A stretch of DNA of 64,000 nt from Candidatus Bathyarchaeia archaeon (GTDB lineage: Archaea; Thermoproteota; Bathyarchaeia; 40CM-2-53-6): positions 64,001-128,000 of the forward strand of contig JBEKVV010000004.1 in NCBI GenBank assembly GCA_049513715.1, given 5' to 3'. Each line of letters starts with the position of its first letter. Positions within the stretch are counted from its first letter, which is position 1. The notes under the pieces are model-generated. The model ran no database searches, was not told where the DNA came from, and worked only from the letters and a program-made list of their open reading frames with translations. Positions 49,511 through 57,896 of this stretch are shown piece by piece. A program made the position numbers and the translations under genes.

Positions 49511-50163
49511 TAACTTCTTACTTTCTCCCACGTAGCCAACAAAGCTTCTTCATAGGTTTCAGGGTCCACCTCCCTTGCTCTACGCATATCGACATCAATG
49601 AAGAAGAGCGAGTGAACTCTGCCTGAAGCTATCTCCTCCAAGGGTATGGGCGGATTCTCGTAGTAGCGGTCGCACAGCTTCTTCGTCTTCTCAATCTCTT
49701 CTCGTTCTCTCACTTTTGGAGGTTTCAGGAAAAGTGCGGGGATTGGCAGAACTTGGTAGAGAGGGGAGGCCAGGCTGAACTTGTCCGCGAACCTGCTGTA
49801 CCTCGCTATCTTGCTGGCAATTCTGGCCGAACAAAATGCAGTAGGATCCAACGCGTGCTCCGGAGGAACAAACCCAGTCTCTATTTCTATAACCGCTCTT
49901 CCATCGCCCTTGATCCCCAACAAATCGCAGACAAGGGATTCTCCCAAGCGATGCTCAACATCTACATCATAGCCCTTCAAGATCAAATCTTTGGCGCAGA
50001 TAAATTCCATGGCCGAGTGGTTGATCTTCACCAGATTTTGTCTGTGCATCTTAACCAGCTTCGTCTTTATGGCGTCGAGCTTGAAGAATGCCTCATCGTT
50101 CTGGTCAGGGACCAGTTTTGAGAGAAGAGCATCGAGGTCGGATGCGAACTTGTCGTCGCCCAT
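49510..50163 (-). CDS. Hypothetical protein with PD-(D/E)XK-like nuclease signature
   Basis: H-helix, VDVEH..CD......IEIETG (D-xn-ExE); clean 217-aa ORF. Confidence 0.65.
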   Translation of the reverse strand: MGDDKFASDLDALLSKLVPDQNDEAFFKLDAIKTKLVKMHRQNLVKINHSAMEFICAKDLILKGYDVDVEHRLGESLVCDLLGIKGDGRAVIEIETGFVPPEHALDPTAFCSARIASKIARYSRFADKFSLASPLYQVLPIPALFLKPPKVREREEIEKTKKLCDRYYENPPIPLEEIASGRVHSLFFIDVDMRRAREVDPETYEEALLATWEKVRS

Positions 50164-50381
50164 TTGAACACAGAGGCGGGATTACCTTGAGGCGACATAT
50201 AATATGCATATTTGCCTCCGCCCAGAAAGAAAAAACCGGGTAGATTGGTTACGGTAATTCAGCTTTGTTGATGATCAGTTTTGGTGGTGGGTGTAAAGAG
50301 GAATGAATTGCCTCTGGCTTACCCCTGCGTTCAAGCCGCAAACCTTGAATTCCCATACAGGTCAAACGCCTCCGAAGGGAA

Positions 50382-51179
50382 ATGAGCAAAAGCGAGAGAC
50401 AGCGGGCTTCGAGGACCGCTCTCATTACCGGAGCGTCCAGCGGGATTGGTTTGGAACTCGCTAGAGTGTTTGCGCGGGAAGGTTACAACTTGGTTTTGGT
50501 GGCGAGGAGTGTGGAGCGGCTGGATGAGATAGCGAAAGAGTTGCGGGCGCTTGGTGTTTCTGTGAAGAGCATGCCCATGGATTTGGCCGACCCACATGCA
50601 CCTCAGGCGATTTGTGACGGGCTCCGGAAGGAGAGTGGGGTGGTTGATGTTCTTGTCAACAATGCTGGGTTTGGTAGCCATGGGGTCTTCCACGAGAATG
50701 ACCCTGCCACGGAGCTGAGTATGATTCAGGTAAACGTCACCGCCCTTACAGAACTGACCCGACTATTCCTGCCGGATATGGTTAGGAGGGGGGAGGGTGG
50801 CGTTTTGAATGTGGCTTCTACGGCTGCCTTTCAACCAGGCCCACTCATGGCAGTTTACTATGCCACCAAAGCCTACGTGCTGTCCTTTTCGGAGGCGATT
50901 GCGGAGGAATTGAGAGGAACTGGTGTGACAGTCACGACCTTGTGCCCCGGACCTACGTTGACAGGGTTCCAGGGCAGGGCAGGAACAGGGGAAATGAGGA
51001 TGCTCAAAGGAGGCCTAGTGCTTGACGCAGCAACGGTCGCCAAAATTGGTTACGAAGGCCTAATCCACAACAAGACAGTCGTCATTCCAGGTTTCAAAAA
51101 CAGAATACTAGCCTTCGGAGTGAGGTTAACCCCCAGACAATGGGTTACCCGAGTCGCCAGACAGATGAATGAAACCTAA
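50382..51179 (+). CDS. Short-chain dehydrogenase/reductase
   Basis: TGASSGIG, NNAGFG, VAS, YYATK. Confidence 0.95.
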   Translation: MSKSERQRASRTALITGASSGIGLELARVFAREGYNLVLVARSVERLDEIAKELRALGVSVKSMPMDLADPHAPQAICDGLRKESGVVDVLVNNAGFGSHGVFHENDPATELSMIQVNVTALTELTRLFLPDMVRRGEGGVLNVASTAAFQPGPLMAVYYATKAYVLSFSEAIAEELRGTGVTVTTLCPGPTLTGFQGRAGTGEMRMLKGGLVLDAATVAKIGYEGLIHNKTVVIPGFKNRILAFGVRLTPRQWVTRVARQMNET

Positions 51180-51258
51180 TGCCCTTCAGGGAACTTCGTC
51201 AAAGTTTCTTATTATGAACGAAATCTTTCCCGCTTGCAGCTGACAACCAAGAAAAGCT

Positions 51259-51284
51259 TAAACGTATACGTTTACGTTTACGAT
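51259..51284. promoter_or_regulatory. TA operon operator: 16-bp palindrome plus TACGTT tandem repeats
   Basis: TAAACGTATACGTTTA (51259-51274) is perfectly palindromic and overlaps an AAAAGCTTAAA BRE/TATA-like element. Confidence 0.65.
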
Positions 51285-51296
51285 GCCGTATGCGCT

Positions 51297-51482
51297 ATGA
51301 AGACTACTGTGATGCTGAGAGAAGACCTGTACGAGATCCTGAAGAGAAAATATGGACCGAGAGGCCTCTCCGAGGCCATCAACGTAATCTTGGCCGAGGC
51401 ATTGCTCAAAGGAGAGAGCATGTTCGGGACGATGCCCAAGAGGTCGCTCAAGGACTTGAGGAATCACAGTGACCGTATTTGA
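51297..51482 (+). CDS. vapB: VapB-type antitoxin (ribbon-helix-helix-like)
   Basis: MKTTVML.EDLY..L; small ORF overlapping the PIN gene by 4 nt. Confidence 0.8.
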   Translation: MKTTVMLREDLYEILKRKYGPRGLSEAINVILAEALLKGESMFGTMPKRSLKDLRNHSDRI

Positions 51483-51868
51483 GATACATCATGGACTCAT
51501 ATGCGTGGTTAGAATACTTCATGGGCACCGACTCCGGAAAAAAGGTGAAAGGCATCATTGACTCTGAGGCTCATGAGAAACTGACCCCGACGATTTGCTT
51601 GGCCGAAATATACTCCAAGATTCTGAGAACAGAGGATGAGAAGAAGGCGGAACTCCGTAGAGCTTTTATCAAATCTCGAAGTGGCCTCGTCCCACTTACT
51701 GAAGAAGTGGCAGTCGAAGCCGCTAAAGTCGATGTGACCATGAAACGTAAAGTTCAAGGTTGGGGGTTGGCTGACTCAATCGTGCTCTCCACCGCGCAAA
51801 ACAGGGACGGGAAAGTTGTTACAGGTGACCCGCACTTTCGAGGATTAACCGAGACCTTCATGATATAG
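51479..51868 (+). CDS. vapC: VapC PIN-domain toxin
   Basis: DSYAW.EY, LAE, GLADS, VTGD.HF. Confidence 0.92.
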   Translation: MRYIMDSYAWLEYFMGTDSGKKVKGIIDSEAHEKLTPTICLAEIYSKILRTEDEKKAELRRAFIKSRSGLVPLTEEVAVEAAKVDVTMKRKVQGWGLADSIVLSTAQNRDGKVVTGDPHFRGLTETFMI

Positions 51869-51937
51869 CTACGTGATGGGGCCGCTGGGATCAAGGCTCA
51901 TCAACAATAAGCGAAAGTGGTAATTGCTTGAGTAGCT

Positions 51938-53449
51938 ATGTTGATTCGAAGTCAGTTGGCTAGCCTCAAAAAAGAAACCTATCCCAATGAGTTGACGCAT
52001 CGGGACCTACCGCCAGACATTTTCAGAAAGTACGCCCATGAGGCAGCTGATTGGATCGCTGAATACTTGGAGAACATGGATAATTATCCAGTACTGGCTA
52101 CTGTGAAACCGGGCGAGGTCAAATCAAAGCTACCGAAAAACCCACCTGAGAAACCAGAGCCGTTCGAGAATATCCTAGGCGATTTTCGGAAGGTTCTCGT
52201 ACCGGGAATTACCCATTGGAATCATCCACGATTCTTCGCCTATTTCTCAGTCACCGGCTCCTATCCCGGAATCATCGGGGAGATGTTGTGCAGCGCGTTG
52301 AATGTGAACGCGATGCTATGGAAGACCTCCCCGTCCGCCACTGAACTTGAGGAGGTCGTGTTGGATTGGCTGCGGCAGATGCTCGGCCTACCTAGGGGGT
52401 TTGAGGGCGTAATACACGATTCAGCCTCGGTTGGAGTCGTGTGCGCCCTGGCGGCAGCACGGGAATCCGGCAACCTCCAAATCCGCGAGAAGGGCTTGAC
52501 GGGAAGGAGTGAGCTCCCTCGATTGCGAGTATACGCTTCAGAGGAAGCGCATTCCTCCATCGAGAAAGCGGTAATCGTCTTGGGTGTCGGCCAAGAGGGC
52601 CTTAGAAAAATCCCGACCGATGAGGCCTTCCGCATGGATTCCCACGCCTTGGAGGAGGCTGTCAAGGAGGATGTGGACGCCGGCGTTAAGCCGATTTGTG
52701 TCGTCGCAACGATCGGCACCACCTCGACAACCAGTGTTGACCCGGTGAAGGAGATTGCTGCGCTTTGCAGGAAATATGGTATTTGGCTTCATGTCGATGC
52801 CGCCTACGGCGGCGCCGCAGCCCTTCTCCCGGAAAAGCGGGTACTGTTTGAGGGTTGGGAGCAGGCTGATTCACTCATCGTCAACCCCCACAAATGGCTG
52901 TTCACTCAAATCGATTGCAGTGTCCTCTACTGCCGGCGACCCGAGGTGCTCAAACAGGCCTTCAGTTTGACACCCGAGTACCTTCGAACAGGAGAGGCCG
53001 GCGAGGTCAAGAACTTCATGGATTACGGCGTAGCCCTCGGCCGCCGTTTCCGCGCCCTCAAACTCTGGATGGTCATCCGTTCCTTGGGCTGTAGCGGAAT
53101 CACCAGCGCCATCCAGGAACATATCTCCTACGCCAACAAATTGGCCGATATGATTCGGGACCACCAGAACTTTGAGCTTCTGGCCCCGGTGCCATTCAGC
53201 ACCCTAGTCTTTCGCTTCAACCCCAACAAACACACAAACAGTCCCGCGACGCCCTCAGGTTTGGAAATCAACACCCTAAACGAGAAACTGCTCGAAGCAG
53301 TTAACCAGACTGGACGAGCATTCCTATCCCACACCAAGCTGAGAGGAAAATTCGGAATTCGATTCGCTATCGGCAACCTGAAGACCACATGGGAAGACGT
53401 AGCGCTAGCTTGGAAGATTATTCAAGAGAAAGCCACAGAGCTACCGTGA
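51938..53449 (+). CDS. Group II PLP-dependent decarboxylase (aromatic L-amino-acid decarboxylase-like)
   Basis: THWNHPRFFAYF, SPSATELE, AHSSIEKA, HVDAAYGG, NPHKW, GRRFRALKLW. Confidence 0.92.
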   Translation: MLIRSQLASLKKETYPNELTHRDLPPDIFRKYAHEAADWIAEYLENMDNYPVLATVKPGEVKSKLPKNPPEKPEPFENILGDFRKVLVPGITHWNHPRFFAYFSVTGSYPGIIGEMLCSALNVNAMLWKTSPSATELEEVVLDWLRQMLGLPRGFEGVIHDSASVGVVCALAAARESGNLQIREKGLTGRSELPRLRVYASEEAHSSIEKAVIVLGVGQEGLRKIPTDEAFRMDSHALEEAVKEDVDAGVKPICVVATIGTTSTTSVDPVKEIAALCRKYGIWLHVDAAYGGAAALLPEKRVLFEGWEQADSLIVNPHKWLFTQIDCSVLYCRRPEVLKQAFSLTPEYLRTGEAGEVKNFMDYGVALGRRFRALKLWMVIRSLGCSGITSAIQEHISYANKLADMIRDHQNFELLAPVPFSTLVFRFNPNKHTNSPATPSGLEINTLNEKLLEAVNQTGRAFLSHTKLRGKFGIRFAIGNLKTTWEDVALAWKIIQEKATELP

Positions 53450-53580
53450 ATTCTGAGAAACCAGTTTTGCTATCTGGACACGTTTACAAGGAGGTTCTGT
53501 TAAGGGATGGGAAACAAGCCGTCCTGAGGGTTCCTGACTGGCATGACGTTGATGATTTCTTGGGTTTCATTAACGCGCCT
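53446..53580 (+). pseudogene. Truncated N-terminus of a GNAT-type acetyltransferase
   Basis: LRDGKQAVLRVPDWHDVDDFLGFIN resembles a GNAT N-terminus; the frame then runs into the antisense of the next gene. Confidence 0.5.
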
Positions 53581-53616
53581 CCGTCGCGCGCGAAGGTGCG
53601 TGTGGAGTCCTCAAGA

Positions 53617-53904
53617 TCAGAAGTCCTCGTGGCCCAGCCATGGATATATCAGGGCGACCGCGTCTCCATCTTTCAGCTCAGCATTCAATCCGCCTACGAA
53701 TTGGCAGGACCGTCCGTTGATTAAGATCCGAGCATACGGCCTAACATCACCGCTCTCTGTAAAGATAATGTCAGCGATGCGATAGGTGTCCACGATTTCC
53801 TTCAATACATCCTTCAACGTGTTCTGTGAGGAGACGAACTCTACACGCCCAGTCCCGGTCCTCTGCCTGGGAATGCTCATGAACTTCACGGTCAACCTAA
53901 CCAT
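53617..53904 (-). CDS. MoaD/ThiS-fold protein lacking C-terminal Gly-Gly
   Basis: VKF, ILINGR, LKDGDAVALIYP, ending WLGHEDF. Confidence 0.8.
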   Translation of the reverse strand: MVRLTVKFMSIPRQRTGTGRVEFVSSQNTLKDVLKEIVDTYRIADIIFTESGDVRPYARILINGRSCQFVGGLNAELKDGDAVALIYPWLGHEDF

Positions 53905-54053
53905 GCTGTCGAGAATCTCCTAGTTATATTCCAATGTGAGGTGAAATCCATCAGTTCTCACTCACTTCATAAGGCAGGTGGATTTGAAGATGAATGTAGA
54001 AATCGTACACACTGGAAATCCAAAGCGTTTAACTCAGCGCGTTCGCTAAATAT

Positions 54054-55865
54054 GTGGCCATGACTCTGGGTGGATATGCCAACCGGATCGCAAGAGTTAA
54101 CCTAACCCACAGCAAAGTCGATTATGAGCAGCCGAATGAAGAAGACCTGAAGAAGTACATTGGCGGCCGCGGGCTCGGCGTGAAATATGTTCTAGACAAC
54201 GGGCCAAAAGTGGAACCATTCTCTGAAGACAACATACTCTGCTTCATGACTGGACCTTTGGTGGGCAGCGAGGTTACGATGAGTGGCCGTATGGCCGTTG
54301 TCACGAAATCACCGCTAACAGGGACAGTGACGGATTCTCACCAAGGGGGTTGGTCAGGCGCACGGCTTCGATGGGCAGGCTTCGATGGAATAGTCTTCAG
54401 GGGTAGGGCGAAGAAACCGACCTACGCCTACATTGAGGACGGAAAGGTCACGTTGAAAGATGCATCCCACCTCTGGGGTAAGAACGTTCACGACACGGTC
54501 AAGGCGGTCAGGACGGAACACGGTGAACATGACACGAGTGTGGTCACCATAGGACACGCCGGAGAGAAACTGGTGAGGTTCGCTGCAATCATCAATGAGA
54601 ACGATCGTGCTTCTGGAAGAGGCGGCACGGGTGCAGTTATGGGATGGAAGAATCTGAAGTGCCTCGTAATCAAAGGCAGCATCAAAAACAAACCTACGCC
54701 CGCGCATCCAGATGAATTCAAAAATGCGGTAGCTGTCGCGAACACGGCCATCGTACAAGGAGCTGTGACTGCCCCCAGAAAGGGAGGTCTCTCTGTTTAT
54801 GGAACGGATGTACTCATGAACCTTGTCAATGAAATCGGCGCTCTTCCAACTAAGAATGCGCAATTGACGCAGTTCGACCATGCAGACCAGTTGAGCGGGG
54901 AAACCATAAAGGAGACGATTCTGGTCGGCGACCCGACCTGCCACGCCTGCCCTGTTGCATGCAAGAAAGAGGTAGAGGTGAAGGAGGGCAAGTATAAGGT
55001 CCACATGGAGAGCACTGAATACGAATCCATGTGGTCGCTTGGAGCCAACTGCGGGTGCAGCATCAAGGAGGCCGTTGCAAAGATGGTCTACCTGACCAAT
55101 GATTATGGAATGGATACGATCGAAACCGGCAACTGCCTCTCCGTCACAATGGAAGCAAGCGAACGCGGACTCATTCGCGACAAGGTTGAGTGGGGTAATG
55201 CGGATGCGATGATCGATCTCATTCACAAAATCGGGAAGAGGGAAGGTCTCGGTGACACTCTCGCGGAGGGCTGTTGGAGAGCCGCCAAAACCTTCGGGGA
55301 CGAAGGAATGGCCAACCAATCAAAGGGCCAAAGCATAGCGGCCTACGACCCGCGAGGCATGCAAGGGATGGGAATAGGATACGCCACATCCAATCGAGGA
55401 GCATGCCACCTCAGAGGATACACACCTGCAAGTGAAGTGCTCGGCGTACCCGGAAAGACAGACCCGCTCGGCTGGGAAGGCAAAGCAAAACTCCTAACGA
55501 TTTTCCAAGACCTACACGCCATCTCGGATTCATTCGACATCTGTAAGTTCAACGCGTTCTCAGAGGGAATTAACGAATACGTCGCGCAATTCAATGCCAT
55601 GACTGGTCTACAATTGGACGCGGATGGCCTGATGAAGGCTGGTGAAAGAATCTACAACCTAGAACGCTACTACAACAACTTATGCGGATTCACAGGCAAG
55701 GATGACTCGCTCCCGGAAAGATTCTTGAAGCGACCCGGTTCCGGGCCCGCTGCAGGTCATGTGTGCGAGCTCGATAAGATGAAGAAGGAGTACTACGAAG
55801 CCCGCGGTTGGGTTGACGGCGTGGTCCCCCAGCAGAAACTGCAAGAACTAGGAATAATCGCCTAA
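54054..55865 (+). CDS. aor: Aldehyde:ferredoxin oxidoreductase, copy 3
   Basis: GGRG, SGRGGTGAVMG, CHACPVAC, EYES, GMDTIE, YDPRG, RGACH. Confidence 0.95.
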   Translation: MAMTLGGYANRIARVNLTHSKVDYEQPNEEDLKKYIGGRGLGVKYVLDNGPKVEPFSEDNILCFMTGPLVGSEVTMSGRMAVVTKSPLTGTVTDSHQGGWSGARLRWAGFDGIVFRGRAKKPTYAYIEDGKVTLKDASHLWGKNVHDTVKAVRTEHGEHDTSVVTIGHAGEKLVRFAAIINENDRASGRGGTGAVMGWKNLKCLVIKGSIKNKPTPAHPDEFKNAVAVANTAIVQGAVTAPRKGGLSVYGTDVLMNLVNEIGALPTKNAQLTQFDHADQLSGETIKETILVGDPTCHACPVACKKEVEVKEGKYKVHMESTEYESMWSLGANCGCSIKEAVAKMVYLTNDYGMDTIETGNCLSVTMEASERGLIRDKVEWGNADAMIDLIHKIGKREGLGDTLAEGCWRAAKTFGDEGMANQSKGQSIAAYDPRGMQGMGIGYATSNRGACHLRGYTPASEVLGVPGKTDPLGWEGKAKLLTIFQDLHAISDSFDICKFNAFSEGINEYVAQFNAMTGLQLDADGLMKAGERIYNLERYYNNLCGFTGKDDSLPERFLKRPGSGPAAGHVCELDKMKKEYYEARGWVDGVVPQQKLQELGIIA

Positions 55866-55909
55866 CCCGCGTCCGCGAGTACCCACGGCCCGGATGTCAG
55901 CGTGTGTGC

Positions 55910-56191
55910 TCAGAAATTCTCCGCGTAGGGATAAATCAGTGTCAATCTGTCACCATCATGAAGCTCAACACCTAACCCTCCTACGAACTCTTGCGACCTC
56001 CCATTAACCAAGACTCTTGCCCACGGCCTCACTTCAGCACTCTCCGTCAAGATAATGTCTGAAATGTGATAGGCTTCAACGATTTCCTTTAACACAACCC
56101 CAAGCTTCCGCTCCGCTGAAACATGCTCTGACTCGCTTGCTCCTACACGTTGCCGTGCTATGCTGAGAAATTTGACAGTGACCGTTACCAT
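55910..56191 (-). CDS. MoaD/ThiS-fold protein lacking C-terminal Gly-Gly (paralog of 53617-53904)
   Basis: VKF, VLVNGR, LHDGDRLTLIYP, ending YAENF. Confidence 0.8.
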   Translation of the reverse strand: MVTVTVKFLSIARQRVGASESEHVSAERKLGVVLKEIVEAYHISDIILTESAEVRPWARVLVNGRSQEFVGGLGVELHDGDRLTLIYPYAENF

Positions 56192-56460
56192 GAAGGCATA
56201 ATCTCGAGTCTCTGGAAGCCAGAATCGGTTTACTGGACTCTAGAGGTTTAGTATTGTAGCGACGCCCAGAAAAAAACTGTTCGCAAACACATTCGCTCAT
56301 CTCTACCCACAAAACTAGCAACGCAAGTAACCTGTTGTCTCCCAAAAATGGGGTACACCCCACCCAAACAAGTCTGCGCGCGAAGCGAGGTTCCAACTCA
56401 TCGATATGCCCACTCGGTCAATGGTCTTTAATACCAATACGGCTTGAACAGTAAGGCCAG

Positions 56461-56949
56461 ATGTTCTTGGATCTTAAACAGACCGCTTTTGGCTTGGTTC
56501 TGCTGATTGTTTTCCTCCTCTTCCAATTCGGGGTCTTCAACCCCCTTGGCCCCTCAGCGTGGGTGCTAGGCGTTATCGTGCTCTCCGTGGTCTTCTTCTT
56601 AATGGGTAAAGTTACCATGCCGAAGAGGCAGCCACCTCAACTAGTGGAGGTTTGGCAGTTCGCAACAGCATTCGCAGTCATCGCGACCGTAATCATCGCC
56701 TACGCAAGCCCACTCATGCCTGCCATGATGTCGGCCTCAATGCCAAACTTGACGCCGCTCGTTCTGGGCTTGTGGCTCGTAATCTTCGGAGCCGCAACCT
56801 TCGTAACCGGCTGGACTGCGAAATGGGGCGTAACAACCGTGGTAGGCATAATCTGGCTATTCTCAGCATTCCACACAGTCTCCTACCTAGACTTCGCATT
56901 CCTCGTAGGTTTACCGTTCATCATCTACGGCCTAATCTCCAAGGGCTAA
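56461..56949 (+). CDS. Hypothetical polytopic membrane protein
   Basis: 162 aa with about 5-6 hydrophobic segments. Confidence 0.7.
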   Translation: MFLDLKQTAFGLVLLIVFLLFQFGVFNPLGPSAWVLGVIVLSVVFFLMGKVTMPKRQPPQLVEVWQFATAFAVIATVIIAYASPLMPAMMSASMPNLTPLVLGLWLVIFGAATFVTGWTAKWGVTTVVGIIWLFSAFHTVSYLDFAFLVGLPFIIYGLISKG

Positions 56950-56953
56950 TTCT

Positions 56954-57079
56954 CTATTCGTTCTTGCTGGTTCGGGGTAGTTCGATCTCAGTGGTCTCCT
57001 TCGCCGTGTCAAAAACTAAGCACGTTTCCGTCCTATCAATCTCCTTAACGGTACGCAACTTCTCTGGAAGAAACCTTCC
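56954..57079 (-). pseudogene. Possible C-terminal remnant of an Lrp/AsnC regulator
   Basis: The minus frame reads GRFLPEKLRTVKEIDRTETCLVFDTAKETTEI; an upstream in-frame TAG truncates it. Confidence 0.45.
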
Positions 57080-57221
57080 CGCACCCTGTGCCTAAAATGC
57101 GGATATGAGACAGGCGCCAAACTGAGTTAGCCACCCATCGCTAATGCCTCTAATGCCGTTTCCAACTAGCCCCAGAGGGGCCAATCTGATTCTTGTTGAG
57201 CTTCCTTAAGACTAAGGTGCC

Positions 57222-57455
57222 TTGGTTTCATTTCAGCAGGTAGGTGCTAACGTGAGCTTCTTGCGCGAAAGAGTGAGGGCGGTCCTTGATACGTTCGATA
57301 GTCTCCAAAGGCAGGCGGGGGCTGTTGAGAAAGAGGAACTAATATCCGCATTATCGGGAAGGGTTGAAGCTGACGAGGCCGTGGATATCATCGACAAACT
57401 ACTCAAAGAAGGCCTGATCTGCAGCCCTCGACCGGGTCTGCTAGAAAAGCCCTGA
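57222..57455 (+). CDS. Small winged-helix protein resembling the MCM C-terminal WH domain
   Basis: EELI....EA..IIDKLLKEGLI.SPRPG.L pattern. Confidence 0.55.
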   Translation: MVSFQQVGANVSFLRERVRAVLDTFDSLQRQAGAVEKEELISALSGRVEADEAVDIIDKLLKEGLICSPRPGLLEKP

Positions 57456-57497
57456 CCTCAAGAAAACTTTGAGCCCTACTGAAGAAAGTTTTGTTGG

Positions 57498-57824
57498 CTA
57501 ATATCGTGGCATAGCCGGATCCACTTCGGCAGCCCACTCATCGATTCCACCCTTCAGGTTCTTCGCTCTGAAACCCATCCTTCGCAAATAGGCCGCAGCC
57601 CACGCACTTCGAACACCCGTATGGCAGTAAATCACACACTCACGCCTAGGATCCAATTCATGTACCCGATTCGGAATCTCACCCATCGGAATCAGCCTGC
57701 AACCCTCAATCCGGCACACTTGAAACTCATGCATTTCCCTAACGTCGATAAGGATTATCGTCTCTCCGTTGTCAAGCCGCTGTTTAAGCTCACGCACCGT
57801 AATCTCGTTCGCGCTGTTCGACAT
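57498..57824 (-). CDS. Single-domain rhodanese sulfurtransferase
   Basis: LIDVRE, YCHTGVRS, NLKGGIDEW, DPAMPRY. Confidence 0.92.
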   Translation of the reverse strand: MSNSANEITVRELKQRLDNGETIILIDVREMHEFQVCRIEGCRLIPMGEIPNRVHELDPRRECVIYCHTGVRSAWAAAYLRRMGFRAKNLKGGIDEWAAEVDPAMPRY

Positions 57825-57896
57825 CGTAATATCGTTTCTCAAAGAAAACGTCTTAATATGCATACCCTCCGCTCGAAGAGCGAGTGGGCATATGCA

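Noticed and set aside
49041..49626. Short ORFs across the ubiX-to-hypothetical intergenic region
   Set aside because: They overlap in several frames, have no recognisable motifs, and are better explained by the structured RNA.
54354..55319. 321-aa antisense ORF
   Set aside because: It lies entirely opposite the well-supported AOR gene; a shadow ORF.
57621..57896. N-terminal extension of pepF
   Set aside because: It is antisense to the rhodanese gene; the M3B similarity starts near 57897.
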